From assembly GCA_963725865.1 (NCBI GenBank), contig CAVSAC010000012.1, positions 1,312,001 to 1,376,000 on the forward strand: a DNA stretch of 64,000 bases, in the 5' to 3' direction. The DNA comes from Candidatus Eiseniibacteriota bacterium. GTDB taxonomy: Bacteria; Eisenbacteria; RBG-16-71-46. This document shows, one piece after another, positions 23,531 to 35,400 of this stretch. The notes beneath the pieces are model-generated. The model made no database searches and was not told the DNA's origin. It saw nothing but the letters and a program-made list of their open reading frames with translations. The position numbers and the translations under genes were made by a program. The stretch's first letter is position 1. Every line of letters begins with the position of its first letter.

Positions 23531-23555
23531 CGGTGGGATCTCCTTCTACAGGGAC

Positions 23556-26500
23556 TTACTGCCTGGGGACCGGTGGCGAACTGCCCTCGAGGACACGTGG
23601 CGAAGTCGACACGGGAACCGCGAAGGCGCGCGCGAGGTCGTTGAGCACATTGCCGTGCACGTCGGCCGGGCGCGTGAGGTAGACCACGAAGGACTTCACT
23701 CCGGCGACCGGTGCGTGCGAGTTGGCGTCCCAATCCCCCGCGGGCAACGGGATGACCTCGGCGTTCGTCACCGAGAACCGCGCCCCCGCGACGCCATCGT
23801 GCTCCGCCCATCCCGGGTCCGGGATCAGAGCGATCTCGGGATCGGTGCTGTTCCCCCGCGCGTCCAGCGGGCGCAGGAAGGCGCGAGTCTCCGCGCTCGG
23901 TGCCATCGCCAACGGGAAGTCGAACACCACCTGGAGGCCCCGTGGTGGAATCGTCGATGACGGCGCGGCGCTCTCCTGCCGGAGCGGCATCCCCACCTCG
24001 ATCCGCACCGGCGCCACCCAGATGGGATTCGTGATGCAGCGCTCGTCCACACTCGGATCGCGCGCGGTCGCGACGATTGCCGCGAGCCGGTCCATCGCCA
24101 TCGGCAGCGCGCGCTCGTCGGGCGTGGCCGCGGCGCCCGCGGCCACGTCGAACGTGTCGCGTCCCGCCCCGACCACCCGGTCGAACCGATAGCGCGTGAT
24201 GTCGCGCGCGCCCGGGGTCGCGGACTTCCTCCACTGACTGCGCATCCACACGCCGTCGCCCGGCAGCGGCACCAGCATGGTGCCTCCGCCATCGAACGTA
24301 CCGGAGCCGCCGATGCGTCCGTCGGCGTCCTCCCATCGACTCTCCGCGTCGTGCCAGCGTGCCACGCCCGCTCGCGGGGCGTGCCGGCCGTCTGCGTCGA
24401 GTGTGAACGTCGCGATGGGGCCGTCGGTGATCACGGTGTTGCCGTCGCGGAATGCGTCGAGCGCGACCCGTGCGCCGGGTGCGCGCTCGTGGACCAGCAC
24501 GTAGGTGCGCACGCGGCCATAGGCGTTGCTGGTGAGCATGCCCGAGTAGGGCAGCATGGTGGCCGTGACCTCATCGGTGTAGTTGAAGTCCCCGTGGGCA
24601 TCCGAGCCCGCGCTCAGATAGAGCTTGCGGATGAACGTCTCGCTCGGCGCTTCGCGGAACGCGAACCGGAGCCCGCGGCCGATCAGGGCGAACAGCGTGT
24701 CGAGCGACTGCGTCAGCTCACCGTCCCACGCCACCTTGGAGAAGCGCTGGGCCGCGGGCCCTCCCGCGAACGGGTTCATGGCGTCGAACGCGCGCGAGGC
24801 CGCCAGGCGTCCGCTGCCGCGCGCGACCTCGTCGGCCTTGATGTTCCAGACCTCCGAGCCCTTGAACAGGAACTCCGTGCCCGTGGAGTCGACCAGCGGG
24901 CCGTCGATCGAGTCGTACGGGGGCAGGCCGATGGCCTGCGCGTAATACTCGGGCGGCCACACGAAGCCATCGAGGTTCGGATGCGCCGAGTACAGGAAGC
25001 CCGCCTTTCCGGCCAACCGCACGCCGGCCAGCACGGCCTCGAGCGAGTTGGGGTTCTCCACTCGCGACGTCAGGAACAACCCACCGTGCCAGGGGCCCTC
25101 GAAGTGGCGCGTGCCGTACGCGAGCAGGTGGTGTCCGAGATTGGGCGCGAGCGAGCCGTCCTGGTTCGAGCCGCGTCGGAGGGTGATCTCCTCTCCAGCG
25201 AGCTGGCCCAGGTTCGCGCGATACCAGGCGGCCTCGGCCGCGTGGCCGTCCGCCACCGTCGCGGTCGGTCCCGCGCCGGGCCGGACCCCGGCATCGAAGG
25301 GACGGGAGGAATAGAAGACGTTGTGGTCGGTGACCACGACGTCGTCCCGGAAGGCGTCCCAGTTCCCGGCGGCGGGCTGGGTCTGCACCAGGCCCAGCGC
25401 GTAGCTGGCCTCGAGCAGCATCACGACGGGTCCGCCGTAGGCCTTGTGTGCGCCCTCGACGTCGAGCACGGCGGAGGTGGTCTGCTCGGCGATGGTATGG
25501 ACGTGCGTGTCGAGATAGCGGTCGGCCGGATCGAAGCTCGGGAACTGCGTGGGTTCGACCCGTACGCGCAAGACTCGGTGCGTGGTCAGGCGCTCGCGCC
25601 CGAAGACGCTCGGCCGTGACCACCCGACCTCGGCGAAGAGGTAGCGGACGCCGGGCGCGTCCCGCGCGCCGAGTGCGGCGAGCGGAATGCGCATGACGTA
25701 GTGCCAGAAGTCCTCCACGCGCTCGCCACGATCGAGCCCGGCACGCGACTCGCCCAGCGGGCCCACGATCGTGGTTCCGTTCAGCGTGTCCGGCCCGGCC
25801 ACCTGGTCCACGACCAGCGGTGCGCCCACCGGCCGTCCCTCGACGCACTCGAAGACGCGGATGCGCTCGACCTGGCGGCCGCCCCGGAACTGGGGGAAGA
25901 AGAACAGCACCGGCACGTAGTCGCGGACGGTCTTCCAGGGTGCGTCGATGATGACGTCGGTACCCGCGCGGTCCGCGTACTGCAGCGTTCCCACGGGCTC
26001 GGAGCGCGGGTCCACCCGTGATGCCAATGCCGATGCCGCGAACGGCGGGCTCCCGGCGGGAGCGCAGGAGCCGCCGCAACCGGGCGGGTCCCAGTCCGGG
26101 GTCCTCCTGAAGGGCCCGCGCCACCATCGCGGCGACTCGCGCGGCGGCGAGCGAACTCCCGCTGCGGACCACGGTCCCGCCACCCAGGCCACACGTGCGC
26201 GCGTCCGCTCCGGCCGCGACCATCGCCGCGCAGGGCCGGGCCGGATCCTCGGCCATCGCCACCGCGATGACCGTGGGGAGCGCCGCGGGATAGAGCATCC
26301 GCAGTGGCCCCTGCCCGCCCGCCGGTGCGATGACCGGGATGCCGCTCGCCTCCGCCAGCGCGACGGCGCGCGCGACAGCCGCGTCCGGCTCCATGAAGCC
26401 GGCACCGATGAGGATCACGTCGGCGTAGTGCGCGACCGCGAACTCGATCGCCCGGGCCAGCCGCGAGGCGGTCACCCGCCCGTGTTCGCCAGCGCCCGAC

Positions 26501-26811
26501 GGTTCCGCCACCTTGAGCGGCATGATCAGGCACGCGGGACCGTCGCCCGGAGCGGCTCCGCGCTCCGCGAGGATCCCCGCCATCCCGGTGCCGTGCCCCA
26601 GTCGGTCATCGGCGACCGAGTCGCCATCCACGAAGTCGTAGCCGGCGACGATCCGACCCGCGAGGTCGGGGTGACGGAAGTCCACGCCGCTGTCGATGAG
26701 GGCCACGAGCGGCTGGGCGCACGCGAGGTTTGCGGACAGGGCCCGGGCGAGCGCCAGCGACAGCAGCACCAGGGCCACGCCGGAGCGGTGGAGACTTCGC
26801 GGCCAGGACAT
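23556..26811 (-). CDS. Secreted S8 (subtilisin) domain + PHP-like metallohydrolase, one frameshift near 26050
   Basis: S8: LIDSGVD, HGTGMAG, SGSSLAA. PHP: DTHVHT, VTDHN, GEEIT, HLL, AHP, AGSDAH. Confidence 0.7.
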
Positions 26812-26840
26812 CACGGGCTTCCTCCGCCGTGCGGGTGAGG

Positions 26841-29090
26841 TCAGCGACGCCAGAATCCGAGGCGCCGGTGATGGAACGTCTCGCCCAGGCTCAGGTAGTA
26901 GTTCGAGCGGCCGCCCTCCGCGCGGGCGTAGGCGGCCAGCACCGGACCGAGGAAGGTGCTGAGACCGACGAATACGCTGCCCGAGGCGATGCCATCCTCC
27001 GCGCGGATGTCGCTCCGCCTTTGGAACACGCCGCCATACTCCGCGGAGAATCCGCCGTACAGCGGCAGCAGTGCGATGTCGGTCAGCCGCCGGTAGACCA
27101 CCGCGCTCAGCAATCCAGCATGCGGACCGTTCAGCTCGTCGTTCTCGATCCCGGAGAGCCGGGTGAACCCCCCCAGCGAGAACAGGCTCTGAGTCGGAGC
27201 GTCGCCGTCCAGCGTCGAAGCGACCATGGCGCTGACGAACCCGGTGTGGCGTCCCCGGGTCAATGCGTACGTCGCTTCGGCGAGACCCTGCCGATACTCC
27301 GCGTCCGAGCCGAGGTCCCGCAATCCGGCGGTGAGGCGCGCCCGGAGGCTGCCCCCCGAGCGTGGAAAGTTGATGTCGTCCAGCCGGTCCACGAACAACT
27401 GGACGAACGCGTCCCCGGTCGCGAAGTCGCGGTCGGCGATGCCGGGGTCACCAACCTGGGTGGAGATGTCGCCGCCCTCCCGCACGACGCCCGCCCGCAG
27501 CTCTCCCCAGGTCCCCAGCTCGCGTCCACCGGACAACTCGATGCCGACGCGCCTCACCTCCAGCTCGGAGTCCTTGTGTCCCCGGGCGTCGAACACGTTC
27601 ACGGCCTGGTCGCCGGCGGTGGCCCGGACGTGCACGAACTTCTGGAGCGCGCGGTCGAGCGGTTGATGCCACTCGGTGAACACCCCGGGATCCCTGCCCA
27701 CCTGGAGGCCGGTGCGCCACTCCCCGTTCCGGCGATTGATCGCCGTGCGACTGTAGGCCACGGCGAGGTTGAAATCCGGGCCCTTGAAGTCCTCGAATGC
27801 GGCGATGCCGGCCTGCACGTAGTTGGGGCCCCAGGCGCGCTCGCGCGCGGTGACCGTGAGAATGTTGCGGTCCTGCTCGCGGGTGATGTCGTAGTAGACG
27901 GACTCGAACAGCTCGAGGCCGAAGATCTGGTCCAGCGCCGTCTCGAGCGCGTCGACGTCGAGCGGAGCGCCGGCCCGCGCGCCGAGCCGGGTCGCGATCA
28001 CGTCGTCGGCGATGCGCGAATGGTTGACGATCCGCACCTCGTCGATGAGCGTGGGATCCGCCGGGCGCGGGCGCGCGGAGCGATGCGCGTCGTAGGCCTC
28101 CGCCGACAGCGACAGGGGCTCGAGCTCGCCGAGGACGGCCTCCGCGGCGCGCGCGCCGATCGGCACCGCCTCGACCGCGCGGTCGAAGGACGCCGTCGTG
28201 ATCGAGCCGAGATCGGGACGGATGAAGATGTCGCGGTCGGTCAGCGTCGCGAGCTGCTTCACCTTGTTCTGTTCCGACAGCAGCGTGGTGAGTTGGCTCG
28301 TGATCTCCAGCACCGAGCCGAGTCGATCCCGCCCGGCGGGCGGGGTGCTGATGTCCACCGCGATGATCACGTCGGCGCCCATCCGGCGCACGACGTCGAT
28401 GGGCATGTTCTCGCTGATGCCCCCGTCCACGAGCAGGCGCCCATCGATCTCCCGTGGCGCGAAGACGGCGGGGATGGCCATGCTGGCGCGCATCGCCAGG
28501 GCGAGGTCGCCCCGCTCCAGCACGACCTCCTCCCCGGTCACGACGTCGGCCGCCACCGCTCGGTACGGGATGCTCAGGTCGTCGAAGTCGTGGACGGTCA
28601 CGACCGGCAACGTGTGCCGCTTGAGCAGCAGGTCGATGCGCTGGCCGTCGATGAGTCCGGGCGGGAAGAGCAGTGCGCGGCCACGGATCCCCGGCTTGTT
28701 CCGGACCAGGTAGAGGTCGTCGTCGCGCTTGCGGCGGAACGAGCGATCCTCGCGCGGGATCTTGTCGGCGAAGGCCTCCGCCCAGTCCACTTCGGCGATC
28801 ACGCGCTCGAGTTCCGACGCCGACATCCCCGAGGCATAGAGACCTCCGACGAGGGCGCCCATGCTGGTACCGGCGATGAAGTCGACCGGGACGCGCCGTT
28901 CCTCGAGGACCTTGAGCACCCCGATGTGCGCGGCGCCGCGCGCACCGCCGCCGCTGAGGGCGAGACCGATGCGCGGACGCTGCGCTGGGGTGGGCGACGC
29001 ATCATTCGCGGAGACGGGGCACCACGGCACGGCCACGAGGGCAGCGCAGAACAGCAGTGCCTCGAGCCGGTGCTTCCCACGAGTGGTCAC
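26841..29090 (-). CDS. Patatin-like phospholipase + POTRA + Omp85-type barrel (PlpD-like, type Vd)
   Basis: LSGGGARG, GTSMG, DGG; ARERAWGPNY linker; C-terminal beta-strands. Confidence 0.85.
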   Translation of the reverse strand: MTTRGKHRLEALLFCAALVAVPWCPVSANDASPTPAQRPRIGLALSGGGARGAAHIGVLKVLEERRVPVDFIAGTSMGALVGGLYASGMSASELERVIAEVDWAEAFADKIPREDRSFRRKRDDDLYLVRNKPGIRGRALLFPPGLIDGQRIDLLLKRHTLPVVTVHDFDDLSIPYRAVAADVVTGEEVVLERGDLALAMRASMAIPAVFAPREIDGRLLVDGGISENMPIDVVRRMGADVIIAVDISTPPAGRDRLGSVLEITSQLTTLLSEQNKVKQLATLTDRDIFIRPDLGSITTASFDRAVEAVPIGARAAEAVLGELEPLSLSAEAYDAHRSARPRPADPTLIDEVRIVNHSRIADDVIATRLGARAGAPLDVDALETALDQIFGLELFESVYYDITREQDRNILTVTARERAWGPNYVQAGIAAFEDFKGPDFNLAVAYSRTAINRRNGEWRTGLQVGRDPGVFTEWHQPLDRALQKFVHVRATAGDQAVNVFDARGHKDSELEVRRVGIELSGGRELGTWGELRAGVVREGGDISTQVGDPGIADRDFATGDAFVQLFVDRLDDINFPRSGGSLRARLTAGLRDLGSDAEYRQGLAEATYALTRGRHTGFVSAMVASTLDGDAPTQSLFSLGGFTRLSGIENDELNGPHAGLLSAVVYRRLTDIALLPLYGGFSAEYGGVFQRRSDIRAEDGIASGSVFVGLSTFLGPVLAAYARAEGGRSNYYLSLGETFHHRRLGFWRR

Positions 29091-29339
29091 GGCCTGACCA
29101 CCTTCCCTCGTGCAGCAGCGTCCAGGCTCGCCGGTCGGGGATCGCGACGCCGGAAGGGTCCAGGGGGAGGCCCGACGGCTCGACCGGGCGGCTGGTTCGC
29201 GAACTGATTCCCAAGGGGGGTGCAGCCAGACTAGCACCCGGGGATGGCGCGCTCCACGAGGAATCCGACCACGCTCGCGGTGAACGTGCGCGAAGCCTAC
29301 ACTGGACTCGTCGCGCGGACCCCCCGGGAAGGCACGACG

Positions 29340-29948
29340 ATGAGTCTCCGTTGGACGCGGTCGCTGGTCGCCTCGATCGTCCTCGCTGTGTGCGCTCCCT
29401 TCGGCGCGTCGGCCGCGGGCCCGGAAGCGGAGTCGACCGGGTACCGATTCCCCTCGGGCCGGGAGCAACTCAAGGATTGGGCCCTGAATGCCGCCGGTCC
29501 GACGGCGGTGGCCGGGAGCCTGGGGAGCGCCTCATGGGGGCAGTGGGTGATCGACGAGCCCCCGGAGTGGACCGACGACCGCAAGGGCTTCGCTCAGCGA
29601 TTCGGCGCCGCGTCGGCCACGACGGCCATCACCGAGACCTCGTTCTCACTGCTCTCCGCAGCGATGCGGCAGGACGCCCGCTATCACCGCAGCCCGCGCA
29701 CCGGCTTCTTCCCGCGGGTGGGCCACGCGCTCCGGATGACGTTCGTGGCACGCCGACCGGACGGGACCGCCGTGTTCTCGGTCGCCAAGACGGCGTCGCC
29801 CTTCGTCGGCCCGCTGGTGACCAGGACCACGATGTACCCGGACCGCTACACGATGGCAGACGGCGCGCTGAGTGGCGCGTATGCGGTGCTCATGAACGCG
29901 GGCTGGAATCTCGCACGGGAGTTCGTGCTCAAAGCGCCGGCATGGTAG
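29340..29948 (+). CDS. Hypothetical exported/membrane protein
   Basis: Signal peptide; PPEW...GFAQRFGA...QDARY...RVGHAL. Confidence 0.65.
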   Translation: MSLRWTRSLVASIVLAVCAPFGASAAGPEAESTGYRFPSGREQLKDWALNAAGPTAVAGSLGSASWGQWVIDEPPEWTDDRKGFAQRFGAASATTAITETSFSLLSAAMRQDARYHRSPRTGFFPRVGHALRMTFVARRPDGTAVFSVAKTASPFVGPLVTRTTMYPDRYTMADGALSGAYAVLMNAGWNLAREFVLKAPAW

Positions 29949-29980
29949 GCGGCGCGGGTGGCACCAGTCCGACTCGCTCC

Positions 29981-32284
29981 TCACTTCAGCCCGAGCCGTA
30001 GCATCATCGAGTCGGCCTCGGCCCGGGCCTCGTCCTCGCGTGGTATGAGCTCCGATGCGCGTCTCAGCTCCTGGCGGGCGCGCACCATGTTCCCGCGTAG
30101 GGCCAGGTCCTTCGCGAGCTCCACTCGCAGCTCGCCCTCACCCACCGGGCTTTCGGCCAGCGCCGGATATCGCAGCGCCTGATCGATCACCGCGCGGATG
30201 CGCGTCTGGTCTCCCCGCGAGTGCAGGAATCGGACATAGGCGTACGCCACCTCGGGCTCCGCGCGACTGATCTCGAAACCCAACTCGAACGCCCGCTGGG
30301 CGGCGGTGGTATCGCCGAGCTGTGCCGCCGCGCGCGCCGTCAAGACGTACGTCCATCCCCAGGCGTAGCGCTGCTCCACCAGCGGCCGCAGCGTGTCGAT
30401 GCAGCGCTGGTACTGCTTCGAGTAGTAGTAGCCGCGCCCCAGCAGATAGGTGTAAAAGCGGTTCTCCGGGTACAGCTGCTTCAGCTCGGAGGCCGCGCGG
30501 ATGAGGCCGGGCGTGTCGCCGCCGACCACCGACTCCAGCAGGTCGATGCGCAACTGCCCGCGGTGATCGGCGCGGACCCGCAGCCTGCGCATCGCGGCGC
30601 GCGTCAGTTCGAGTTTCGCGTCGTCACCCAGGTTCCAATACGCGCCCGACAGGTCGCTGCGGGCCGCGATGAACGTGCTGTCGATCTCCAGGGCCTGCTC
30701 GTATGCGGCCGCGGCTTCCTTCCAGCGCGAAGCCAGGAGCGCCTCGTGACCTCGGAGGTAGAGCCGATAGGCGTCCACCGACGTCGTGGTGATCTCGCGC
30801 AGCCAGCCCTCGGCCTCGCGGTCGCCTGTGAGATTCACCTCGAGTGCCGCCTGAAGGTTGGCGACGAGCCGGCCGACGACGTGGAAGAGGCCGCTGTCCG
30901 CCGGGCTCTCGACCGCATACGAATGCACCGGGCGCCCGCCGTCGGTCATCACGATGCGTCCCTCGATCCGCAGATCCCCGCCCGAGCGCAGGATGTTCCC
31001 GGTGATCGCGCGCTGGATACCGTGCCGGGCGAGAAAGGCGTAGCTCGGGGCGGGTGGAGGCGATGCTAGGCGATCGGCCTCGGCCAGGTCGCCGAGTCGC
31101 TGGGCATCGAACACGTCGAGCGCCGGCGACTGGACCAGCGCCGCGCTCAGCAGCTCCGCGACACCACGCTTCATCCAGTCGAGTGACGGGTCGCCGGTGA
31201 CGTTCTCGAACTCGAGCACGGCGACTGATCGCCGATCGGCCGCGGCGCCGGCGGACTCCCGAGAGGCGGCGCCCCGCTGAAGGATGTACCACCCCGCGAG
31301 AGCCGCCAACGCCAGCGCGGCGATCGCGACCACGGCGGCACGGGCGCGCTTGGCGTTCGCGGGCGAATCGTGCCTGGCGCCGGGCGCGGGCGCGACGCCC
31401 TGATCGAGCCTGCGGCGCAGTGCGCGCAGGTCGTTCAGGACATCGAGCGCGCCCGCGTAACGCTCGCGCGGAGCCTTCTCGAGGCAGCGCATGACGATCC
31501 GCTCGAGCTCCCTGGGGACCTCGGTCCGGACGGTCGAGAGCGCCGGTGGCGTGTCGCGCAGGATCGCGGTGGTCAAGTCCGCGTACGTGCGGCCTGCGAA
31601 CGGGCGGCGTCCGCTCGCGAGCTCGTACAGCACGATGCCGAACGCGAAGAGATCGGTGCGCGCGTCCACCGCCTCGCCGCGAATCTGCTCCGGCGCCATG
31701 TACGCCGACGTCCCCAGCACCGACCCCACACTCGACAGCGGCGTGGCGGCGGTCTCGGCCTGCGTGGCGGCCAGCCGCTCGGTGGTATGCGTCTTCGAAT
31801 CCAGCGGACTGATCTTGGCGAGGCCGAAGTCGAGCACCTTCAGCCGGCCCTCGGGCGTCAGCATGATGTTGGCGGGCTTGAGGTCGCGGTGCACGACCCC
31901 TTTCATGTGGGCCGCCGACAGTGCGTCGGCCATCGCGATCGCCACATCGAGCACGCGCGTGATCGGCATTCCGCCCGGCGGCAGTTGCCGGTCGAGGCTC
32001 TGGCCCTCGACCAATTCCATGGTGAGGAAACGAATGCCGCCTGCGTCCTCGACGGAATGGAGCGTGACGATGTTGGGGTGATTGAGTGCGGCCACGGTCC
32101 GCGCCTCGCGCTCGAGACGCGCGAGCCGATCCCGGTCCGCCGCCACGTCGGAAGGCAGCAGCTTGATCGCGACGTCTCGGCCGAGACGGGAATCGTGTGC
32201 GCGATACACCTCGCCCATGCCGCCGGCGCCGAGCGGGCCGACGATCTCGTAGGTGCCGAGGCGGGTGCCGGGGGTCAGTGGCAT
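29981..32284 (-). CDS. Ser/Thr kinase + TM helix + TolB/FlgO-like domain + TPR
   Basis: Full kinase motifs; AAVVAIAALALAALAGWYIL; SVAVLEFENVTGD. Confidence 0.9.
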   Translation of the reverse strand: MPLTPGTRLGTYEIVGPLGAGGMGEVYRAHDSRLGRDVAIKLLPSDVAADRDRLARLEREARTVAALNHPNIVTLHSVEDAGGIRFLTMELVEGQSLDRQLPPGGMPITRVLDVAIAMADALSAAHMKGVVHRDLKPANIMLTPEGRLKVLDFGLAKISPLDSKTHTTERLAATQAETAATPLSSVGSVLGTSAYMAPEQIRGEAVDARTDLFAFGIVLYELASGRRPFAGRTYADLTTAILRDTPPALSTVRTEVPRELERIVMRCLEKAPRERYAGALDVLNDLRALRRRLDQGVAPAPGARHDSPANAKRARAAVVAIAALALAALAGWYILQRGAASRESAGAAADRRSVAVLEFENVTGDPSLDWMKRGVAELLSAALVQSPALDVFDAQRLGDLAEADRLASPPPAPSYAFLARHGIQRAITGNILRSGGDLRIEGRIVMTDGGRPVHSYAVESPADSGLFHVVGRLVANLQAALEVNLTGDREAEGWLREITTTSVDAYRLYLRGHEALLASRWKEAAAAYEQALEIDSTFIAARSDLSGAYWNLGDDAKLELTRAAMRRLRVRADHRGQLRIDLLESVVGGDTPGLIRAASELKQLYPENRFYTYLLGRGYYYSKQYQRCIDTLRPLVEQRYAWGWTYVLTARAAAQLGDTTAAQRAFELGFEISRAEPEVAYAYVRFLHSRGDQTRIRAVIDQALRYPALAESPVGEGELRVELAKDLALRGNMVRARQELRRASELIPREDEARAEADSMMLRLGLK

Positions 32285-32467
32285 CGCGGGAATCTAACCC
32301 ATACTCAGGACGAAGCCCCGCCTGCGGTACACCGATGGCGGGGCCGAGTTGGCTGCGCTGGATCCGCAGCTCCGCGGCGGCCTGCTCGACACGGAGCGCG
32401 ATATGGCACTCTCGAGGTTGACCGAGGGGGCCGCGCCCGATGTCACCGGCGCGGCCCCCTCCCGCCA

Positions 32468-35400
32468 TCAGCGCAGCACCATGACGCGGGTGCTCCGCGC
32501 GCTCGATCCCTGGGTCAGCCGGACCAGGTAGAGCCCCGGCGCGAGCGCGCGGTCGGCTCCGAGCTGCACCTGATGCCGCCCAGGTCCGAATTGGCCCACT
32601 TCGCGGTCGAGCACGCGACGGCCGCTCAGATCGAACAGCTCGATCCGCGCCTCGTGATCGCTGGCCAGAGCGAAGCGGACGGTCAGCTCGTTGCCGGGCG
32701 CCGGATTGGGATGCACCGGCTCGAGCGCGAACGCGACGGGCCCGGCGTCGTCGACGCCGGCGGTCCCGGCGGCGTGCGCCGTCGCGAAGCCGCTCTCGTT
32801 GCCGTGCACGTCCATGGCCGAGATCTTGTACCAGCTCCCAGCCGGGCCCGGATCGACGTAGCCGGTGTCACCGCGGGTGGCGACGAGATTGCCGGGATCG
32901 GGCACGAAGGCGCTCGAGCTGCCCCGATAAATGCGGTAGTACCACAGGTCGGATTCTGCGTTCGCACCCCAATGGAGCGATGTGGCGCCGCTGCCACTCG
33001 TGGCCACGAACGGCGCGGGCGGCGCGGGCGGCAGGTTGTCGACCGAGTACCCTGAATCGGGCGGGGAGTCGAAGAACGTCCCGCTCGTCGCGGTTGCGGC
33101 GCGCACCATGAACGTGGAGCGCGCGAATCCGCCGGCGCCCGAGTCGGCGAGCGTCGCCACGACGAGGTCGTACTCGGTCTCGAGGTTGGCGGGAATGGTG
33201 CCCACGAAGTCCCAGCCGGCGAGTTGGACCCCGTCGGAGCCCGCGTCGTGCCCGCCGGCTGCCGGCGACTGCGGCTCTCGAGCGAGCAGGCGATCACGGC
33301 TCTCCAGCGCAGGCGACGCGACGACCGTGACCGCGCCCTGCTTGCGGAACACGTCGTAGCGGCCGATCGGTGTGGCCGAGCCCAGGTAGTCGAGCGCGCT
33401 GGGCAGGAACTTCACGCGCACCTGGCCGCCCTGGTCGTTCTTCACGTCGCCGATGCTCGTGATCCTCGGCGAGGCATTGGTGACGACACGTTCGTCCACA
33501 CTGAGCGAGCTGCTGCCGAGCATGCGCGCGTCACCCGCGTACACGGCGGTCAGCGATCGCGGGCCCGGGTTGGCCGGGAACGTGCCCAGGGTGGCGATTC
33601 CTCCCACCAGAGGCGCGGAGCCGAGCGGCGTGGTGCCGTCGTAGAACCGCACGGTGCCGGTCGGCGGACCCACGCTCGTGCCGGTACCCGTCACGGTGGC
33701 GGCGAGGGTCGCAGGGAAGCCAACGATCACGGACGCGGGGCTCGCGGTCAGCGCGGTGCGGGTCGGCATGAGCGCCAGCAGCACTCCCGCCCGAGCGGCG
33801 CCGTTTTCGGCCATCGCCAGGTCGGGCTTGCCGTCACCGTTCAAGTCGCCGATCGCGATGCACGACGGCGTGCTGGCCGTCGCATAGTCGAAGCGCGCGA
33901 GGAAGCCGCCGGCGCCGTCGCCGATCAGCACGCTCGCCGAGTCGGCTCCGAGGTCCGCCACCGCCAGGTCGAGGCGCCCATCTCCGTTCAGGTCACCTGA
34001 GGCGATCGTGAACGGGCCGGCGGGCATATGCGTGTCCGCCTTCGCGCCGAACGACGTGCCTCCCAGACCGGGGAACACCGAGATCGAGTTCGCATTCTGA
34101 TTGGCGGCGCACAGCTCCGGCTTGCCGTCGCCGCTCAGCTCGGCGAACACCACCGAGGCGGTGTTCGCCCCGGCCGTGTAGTCGGACCTCGAGGGGAATC
34201 TGCCGAGACCATCGTTCAGCAGGACGCTCACGGTCCCGGCGGTCCAGTTGGCGGTCGCCAGTTCGGGGAAGTTATCGCCGTTCAGATCGCGCACCGCGAG
34301 CGAAATGGGATCGGCGCCGGTGGTGAAATCGGTCTTGGTGCCGAAGCCGCCGAGCCCATTGCCGAGCAGGATCGAGACGTTGCTCGAGGCGCCGTTCGCG
34401 ACGGCCAGGTCGGGCTTGCCGTCGCCGTTCAGGTCGGTGATGACCACCGCCTGCGGTGAGACACCGACGGGGTAGTCGGACTTGGGGCCGAACGAGCCGG
34501 TGCCCGTGCCGAGCAGCACGGAAACGGTGCTCGGGCCGTAGTTCGCCACGGCCATGTCGAGCCGGCCGTCGCCATTCACGTCGCCGAGCGCCACCGCATT
34601 GGGGCTGGCACCGGTGACGAAGTCGGTCTTGGGACCGAAGCCTCCCGCGCCGTCGCCGAGCAGGACCGAAGCGGAGGCGCTTCCGACGTTGGTCGTGACC
34701 ATGTCGGACTTGCCGTCGCCGTTCACGTCACCGAGCGCCACCCAGCGCGGGCTGGTGCCGGCGACGTTCTCGATGCGCGCGCCGAACCGGACCGCCGGAT
34801 CGGCGAGCAGGAGCGAAACCGAGGCGGAGTAGTAGTCGGCCGCCACCAGGTCCGGCCGCCCGTCGCCGTTCAGGTCTCCGATCGCCACCTCGAAGGGCCC
34901 GGAAGCCGTGTGGAACATCGTTCGCGGGCCGAACGTGCCGGTGCCCGTGCCGAGAAGCACCGCGACCGAGTCCACCCCGCCGTCGCCCACCGCGATGTCC
35001 GGCTTGCCGTCGCCGTTCAGGTCCCCGACCGCGGCCGCGAACGGAGCGGTTCCGACCGGATAGACGTTGAACGTGGCGACCCCGCCCACGCCGTCGCCGA
35101 GGAACACGAAGAGATTGTTGTCGAGATTGTCGACGACGATCATGTCGAGCTTGCCGTCGGCGTTCACGTCCGAAAGCAGGACGACGCCGGGCTGGCCGCC
35201 CACGGTCTGATAGAACGCCGGGCTGAGGCCGCCGGTGCCGTTGCCATACAGCACCGCGACCGAGTTGGTGTAGAAGTTCGCGACCGCGGCGTCGAGCTTC
35301 CCGTCGCCGTTCCAGTCGCCGAGCGCGACATGGATCGGATTGAGCGCGGCGAGGGCGATCTGGGGCTGCACGGCGAACGCGCCCCCACCCTGGTTGATCA

